Shown here in pieces: positions 47,322 through 50,528 of a DNA stretch of 50,528 nt. The stretch spans positions 1 through 50,528 of the IMG/VR virus record IMGVR_UViG_3300025117_000087; one strand, written 5' to 3'. The first letter of the stretch is position 1; the number at the start of each line of letters is the position of its first letter. Made by a program: the position numbers and the translations under genes. The notes under the pieces are model-generated. The model saw only the letters and a list, made by a program, of their open reading frames with translations, made no database searches and had not been told where the DNA came from. The DNA comes from a virus. Lineage: Duplodnaviria > Caudoviricetes.

Positions 47322-47906
47322 ATTATTTCTTCCTCTATATTTGTTGGTAGAACTACGTCGCGAGATGTATCAATATCAGATACAAATTCTAATTCCGGTT
47401 TTGCCTGGCTGAAAATTCCCTTACATTCAAGATTAAAATCCTTGAATTTTTCGTCTAAATACTGAGCTTCGTCAGGATGTAACTGGTCCGTAAACAATTC
47501 ACGGAAAGATGACCTGGCAAATTCCAAAAAATTCAATCCGGCTTTGAACTTTGAATAGTTGTCAAAGGCGTTGATTGGATTAGACCAGTTGATGTTCAAA
47601 GTAATTATGTCGTTGCTCATAGCTTGCCTCTTTCGTCGAGTAAGTTTGCGATGACTTTGTTATTGTCGAAGATAGCCTGGTTGAGAATTTCGTCTGCGCT
47701 GTTTTGAGTTGCCTCCTTGATTTCTTTGAAAGTATCCAGGCAGTCGTGGTTCATAAAATCTATCTCCAGTTCGGACCGGATAAATGAGTCTCTCTGAACA
47801 TCATCCAGGAAGCGGTTGACTTCAACCTTCTTGATGATTAATTCATTTAATTCTTCTTTTGTAGCCATCAGATTATTCCTTATTTTTGTGAAACAATTAA
47901 TATTGT

Positions 47907-47946
47907 GCCTCTGCCTGTTTGTTGATTGTGAAGGCAGAGGCTTTTT
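47907..47946 (+). terminator. Terminator-like hairpin facing against the early operon
   Basis: GCCTCTGCCT ... AGGCAGAGGC followed by TTTTT on the plus strand. Confidence 0.5.
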
Positions 47947-47984
47947 ATTTAATTTTTATCTATTAAATCTTCTAATTTGCCAAT

Positions 47985-48890
47985 TCATAGCCTGCATTTG
48001 TAATCCGTTTCGTATTTGGAAAAAACATGTTGGAGCTCGCTTAAAAATTCTTCGTAGTCATTTTTAATGTAACTCGTCTTAGGTTCGGCTTTGGGTGAAG
48101 GCTCAAGTTTAACTTCCGAGAGTTTTGTATCTTCAAACGGATGTACGGGAGGTATTTTTTTACCTATATTTGAAACGTTCATCTGAGTTTCTTGTCCCGT
48201 TTTCGGGTGAATGAACGTACGGGTAAAATTGCTTTCATCATTCATATTAATATTAGAATTATTTTTGTTGGGATTCATACCCGGAATGCTCCAATTCCGT
48301 GGTTTATTTTCATCAGAATCGTTACTCAGGCATTTTATATCGGAGTTAGGAAGATTTTGAACGGAATTGGAATTATTTTTGTTAGGGTTCATACTCAGAA
48401 TATTCTGAGTATGAAATTCGTTTTTTTGAGGAACTCTATTAGAATTAACGGATTGCATAAATTCAAAATCTTTTCTAAGATTTGATACAAAATGTTGACT
48501 TACCCGGCATGTTTCCGCAATTTTACCGTCGCTCCATTGCACCCATTCCATATCATTTAATAATTTTTCAACAGCATTTTTCTTGTCTCCGTTTGTCCGG
48601 CGCAGTCCATGCGAAGAATTGGCACCTACTGCATAAAGTATGGCGTCCCGTTTTGTGCCTTCAATAATTTCGCAGTCAATTTCTTTAGACCCAAGTTTTC
48701 TTACCGCATAATACCTGTGGAATCCGTCTGCCAGCCAGTAAATTTCATCGGCATTGAAAACGGTAACGGGTGGGAATATTGCTCCCGACACCATTAATTC
48801 ATGGTATTCTTCGACTATCCTAAAGTCAAGTACTGCTCTTGCCTGGATACCACCGTCAACTCTAATGCTGTTTAGTTCTAATTTTATCAT
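47985..48890 (-). CDS. ParB-N domain protein
   Basis: FPPV.VF...YWLADGFHR..A, N..HGL.RT..DK. Confidence 0.8.
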   Translation of the reverse strand: MIKLELNSIRVDGGIQARAVLDFRIVEEYHELMVSGAIFPPVTVFNADEIYWLADGFHRYYAVRKLGSKEIDCEIIEGTKRDAILYAVGANSSHGLRRTNGDKKNAVEKLLNDMEWVQWSDGKIAETCRVSQHFVSNLRKDFEFMQSVNSNRVPQKNEFHTQNILSMNPNKNNSNSVQNLPNSDIKCLSNDSDENKPRNWSIPGMNPNKNNSNINMNDESNFTRTFIHPKTGQETQMNVSNIGKKIPPVHPFEDTKLSEVKLEPSPKAEPKTSYIKNDYEEFLSELQHVFSKYETDYKCRL

Positions 48891-49251
48891 TATGCTTCCT
48901 GTTTGTACTTAATTTTTTTATTCTGCTTTCAGCCTCTATGTCAATCTCTTCCTGCGAAGCGAACCGGATTTTTGTCAGGTAATCGTTAATATCATCAGTA
49001 TTGAAATAGATATTTTTACCTTCCCTGAAGTAAGGCACGATGCCGTTCTTAGCCCACTGCCTTATGGTATGCACGGATTTACAGGCATAGCCGGCGGCTT
49101 CTTCGACTGACATTACAGGCTTAATGCTTTTTGCTCTTTTCAACAATTCGATTTCATATTCCAAATGCTTCATTTTTGCATTGGTAACATTCCTGACAAT
49201 GCCTTCCAGCATCAGTTCGAGAGCTTCACGGTTGATGAGTTCCGGCATCAC
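48862..49251 (-). CDS. Excisionase-like HTH_17 DNA-binding protein
   Basis: MSVEEAAGY......TIRQW...G.VP....G..IYF...DI..YL. Confidence 0.75.
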   Translation of the reverse strand: MMPELINREALELMLEGIVRNVTNAKMKHLEYEIELLKRAKSIKPVMSVEEAAGYACKSVHTIRQWAKNGIVPYFREGKNIYFNTDDINDYLTKIRFASQEEIDIEAESRIKKLSTNRKHNDKIRTKQH

Positions 49252-49455
49252 AGCAAATTCCTCACGCCTGGTACCGAAAAATCCTTATAACCATTATCAT
49301 ACATATCCAGGAACTCTCTCATTCCATATTTCCGGGTAGTATTTATTTTAGGACCGGCGCTGAGCTCGAGGCAGGTAATCCTGACAGGTACAGGATTTTT
49401 TGCATCATTAATTATTTCCGATTTTACGGACCGCTCGTTTTTTTTGTTTTTCATT

Positions 49456-49671
49456 TTAAACTACCTGTATTTTTTCGAGAAGTTTTATAACCAGCGTACC
49501 CGCGTCGCATCCAAGCTGTTTGCATATTGTTTCGATTTTATTATTCAGGTCGGGAGTAATCTCGCGTGTGATACGCAGCTTTGGCATTTGTACCGGCGCA
49601 AAATCTGCCTTTGTCAATTCAACAACAATGCCGTTTGTCGTTTTGTTTGTACTCAAATTTTGTTCTTTCAT
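49456..49671 (-). CDS. Small DNA-binding protein (RHH-like)
   Basis: 71 aa; beta strand plus two helices pattern; early operon. Confidence 0.4.
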   Translation of the reverse strand: MKEQNLSTNKTTNGIVVELTKADFAPVQMPKLRITREITPDLNNKIETICKQLGCDAGTLVIKLLEKIQVV

Positions 49672-49735
49672 TTGTAATTAAAATTTGTTTTTATCAAAAA
49701 TTGTTATTATATTTGTAAATCATAACAAAGTATTG

Positions 49736-49930
49736 TTATGATTCGTTCAATTGAAAGTCAGGTTCCGACGCTAAAGCTCGTTTGCAGAGGTATTGTACAG
49801 CCATAGGAAACGAACGTTCAGTTATGTCTGCAAATTTTTCTATTGTCTCGATAAAGTCAGGGTCGAGTGTTAGAGTACGTGAAACCTTACGTTCAATCAG
49901 TTGTTCGGTATTTGTTTGTTCGTTATTCAT
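49736..49930 (-). CDS. Cro-equivalent, ribbon-helix-helix regulator
   Basis: RTLTLDP.....IE..A....RS....V..L; divergent from the repressor. Confidence 0.55.
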   Translation of the reverse strand: MNNEQTNTEQLIERKVSRTLTLDPDFIETIEKFADITERSFPMAVQYLCKRALASEPDFQLNES

Positions 49931-49958
49931 ATGTAAATTTTTAAATATTTAACAATAC

Positions 49959-49976
49959 ATTGCAACGTTTTGCAAT
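49959..49976. promoter_or_regulatory. Candidate operator palindrome
   Basis: ATTGCAA-CGTT-TTGCAAT just downstream of the leftward promoter. Confidence 0.4.
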
Positions 49977-49988
49977 TTTTACAAATGC

Positions 49989-50017
49989 AATATAACATAT
50001 ATTTGCGTAAAAGTCAA
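49989..50017 (-). promoter_or_regulatory. Leftward (lytic) sigma70-like promoter
   Basis: TTGACT-17 bp-TATATT with an extended TG. Confidence 0.55.
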
Positions 50018-50077
50018 GAAAAAAAACATAATTATTTATGATTTTTAAAAATAATTTACAACTATATTTGTTTTAAT

Positions 50078-50467
50078 ATGCTTACAAGTGGAGAAAGATT
50101 TAAAGAGTTTTTGAAATCAATAAATTTGACACAAAAATCTTTAGCTGATTATTTAGAATGTTATCAACAGGACATATCAAAGATGATTAATGGGCAAATT
50201 AGATTTGAACCTTATGCTCAGAAATTATATGATTTGGGATTAAGTTTGGATTGGCTCTTTACTGGCGATGGCGAGATGTTTGCAAGCAATGAAGCCGGTG
50301 AGTTTCAAAAAGAAAAGATTCGGAAAGTAGCTCAATTGCAGAAGAAACAAATTGAATTGGATAAAGAAATGAACGAAGTATTAAGTCAACCTATTTTGAA
50401 AGCTGCCGCCGGGCGGCTCTCCGAAGATATTAAAAATAAATTGAAAAACAAGAAAAAAGATAATTAA
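50078..50467 (+). CDS. Xre-family phage repressor lacking a peptidase domain
   Basis: LTQKSLADYL....QDISKM..G, SLDWLFTGDGEM; C-terminal PILKAAAG. Confidence 0.8.
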   Translation: MLTSGERFKEFLKSINLTQKSLADYLECYQQDISKMINGQIRFEPYAQKLYDLGLSLDWLFTGDGEMFASNEAGEFQKEKIRKVAQLQKKQIELDKEMNEVLSQPILKAAAGRLSEDIKNKLKNKKKDN

Positions 50468-50528
50468 ATTTGTAGATTTTGGGACAGAACATGAAGATAT
50501 TAAAAATTATTTTAACATTGATATTAGG

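Larger units (their letters stand above)
1..50528. mobile_element. Temperate tailed phage genome (circularly permuted / excised form)
   Basis: Complete set of integrase, repressor, replication, terminase, portal, capsid, tail and lysis genes; attP is internal with phage-type genes on both sides; no host housekeeping genes. Confidence 0.93.

Noticed and set aside
1-50528. Alternative genetic code (stop-codon reassignment)
   Set aside because: Core genes are full length and tightly packed under code 11, with TAA, TGA and TAG all acting as stops; there is no suppressor tRNA.

Overview
The window reads as an essentially complete, circularly permuted genome of a temperate tailed phage (siphovirus-like, about 50.5 kb, AT-rich). 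Host is inferred to be in the Bacteroidota/Ignavibacteria-Kapabacteria group, based on a Bacteroidetes-type tyrosine integrase and a VirE-type primase-helicase, together with Shine-Dalgarno use and TTGACA-type promoters. Layout: (i) a + strand lysogeny cluster that spans the window ends (Xre repressor, small membrane protein, stand-alone S24 peptidase, lipoprotein thermonuclease, attP matching a tRNA-Pro 3' end, integrase); (ii) a long - strand late operon (prohead protease, capsid, cement protein, a GT2 glycosyltransferase, Mu gp36/gp37-like connectors, lysis genes, a tRNA-Met(CAT), fibre/baseplate genes, major tail, tail chaperone with a -1 frameshift, tape measure last); (iii) a divergent + strand packaging operon (ParB-methylase, TerS, TerL, Mu-like portal, gpF, gpG) behind two tandem-repeat arrays; (iv) a - strand early/replication operon (excisionase, ParB, exonuclease, SSB-like, glucosaminidase, C5 methylase with a nested out-of-frame subunit, DnaQ-like exonuclease, primase-helicase plus iteron-like origin, SNF2 helicase, HNH, VRR-NUC, Mor-like activator). 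The most notable observations are the glycosyltransferase coupled into the capsid operon (possible virion glycosylation), an apparently split repressor/protease induction switch, the nested methylase subunit, the repeat arrays and the rearranged tail/lysis order. All product calls come from motif recognition only; no searches were run.
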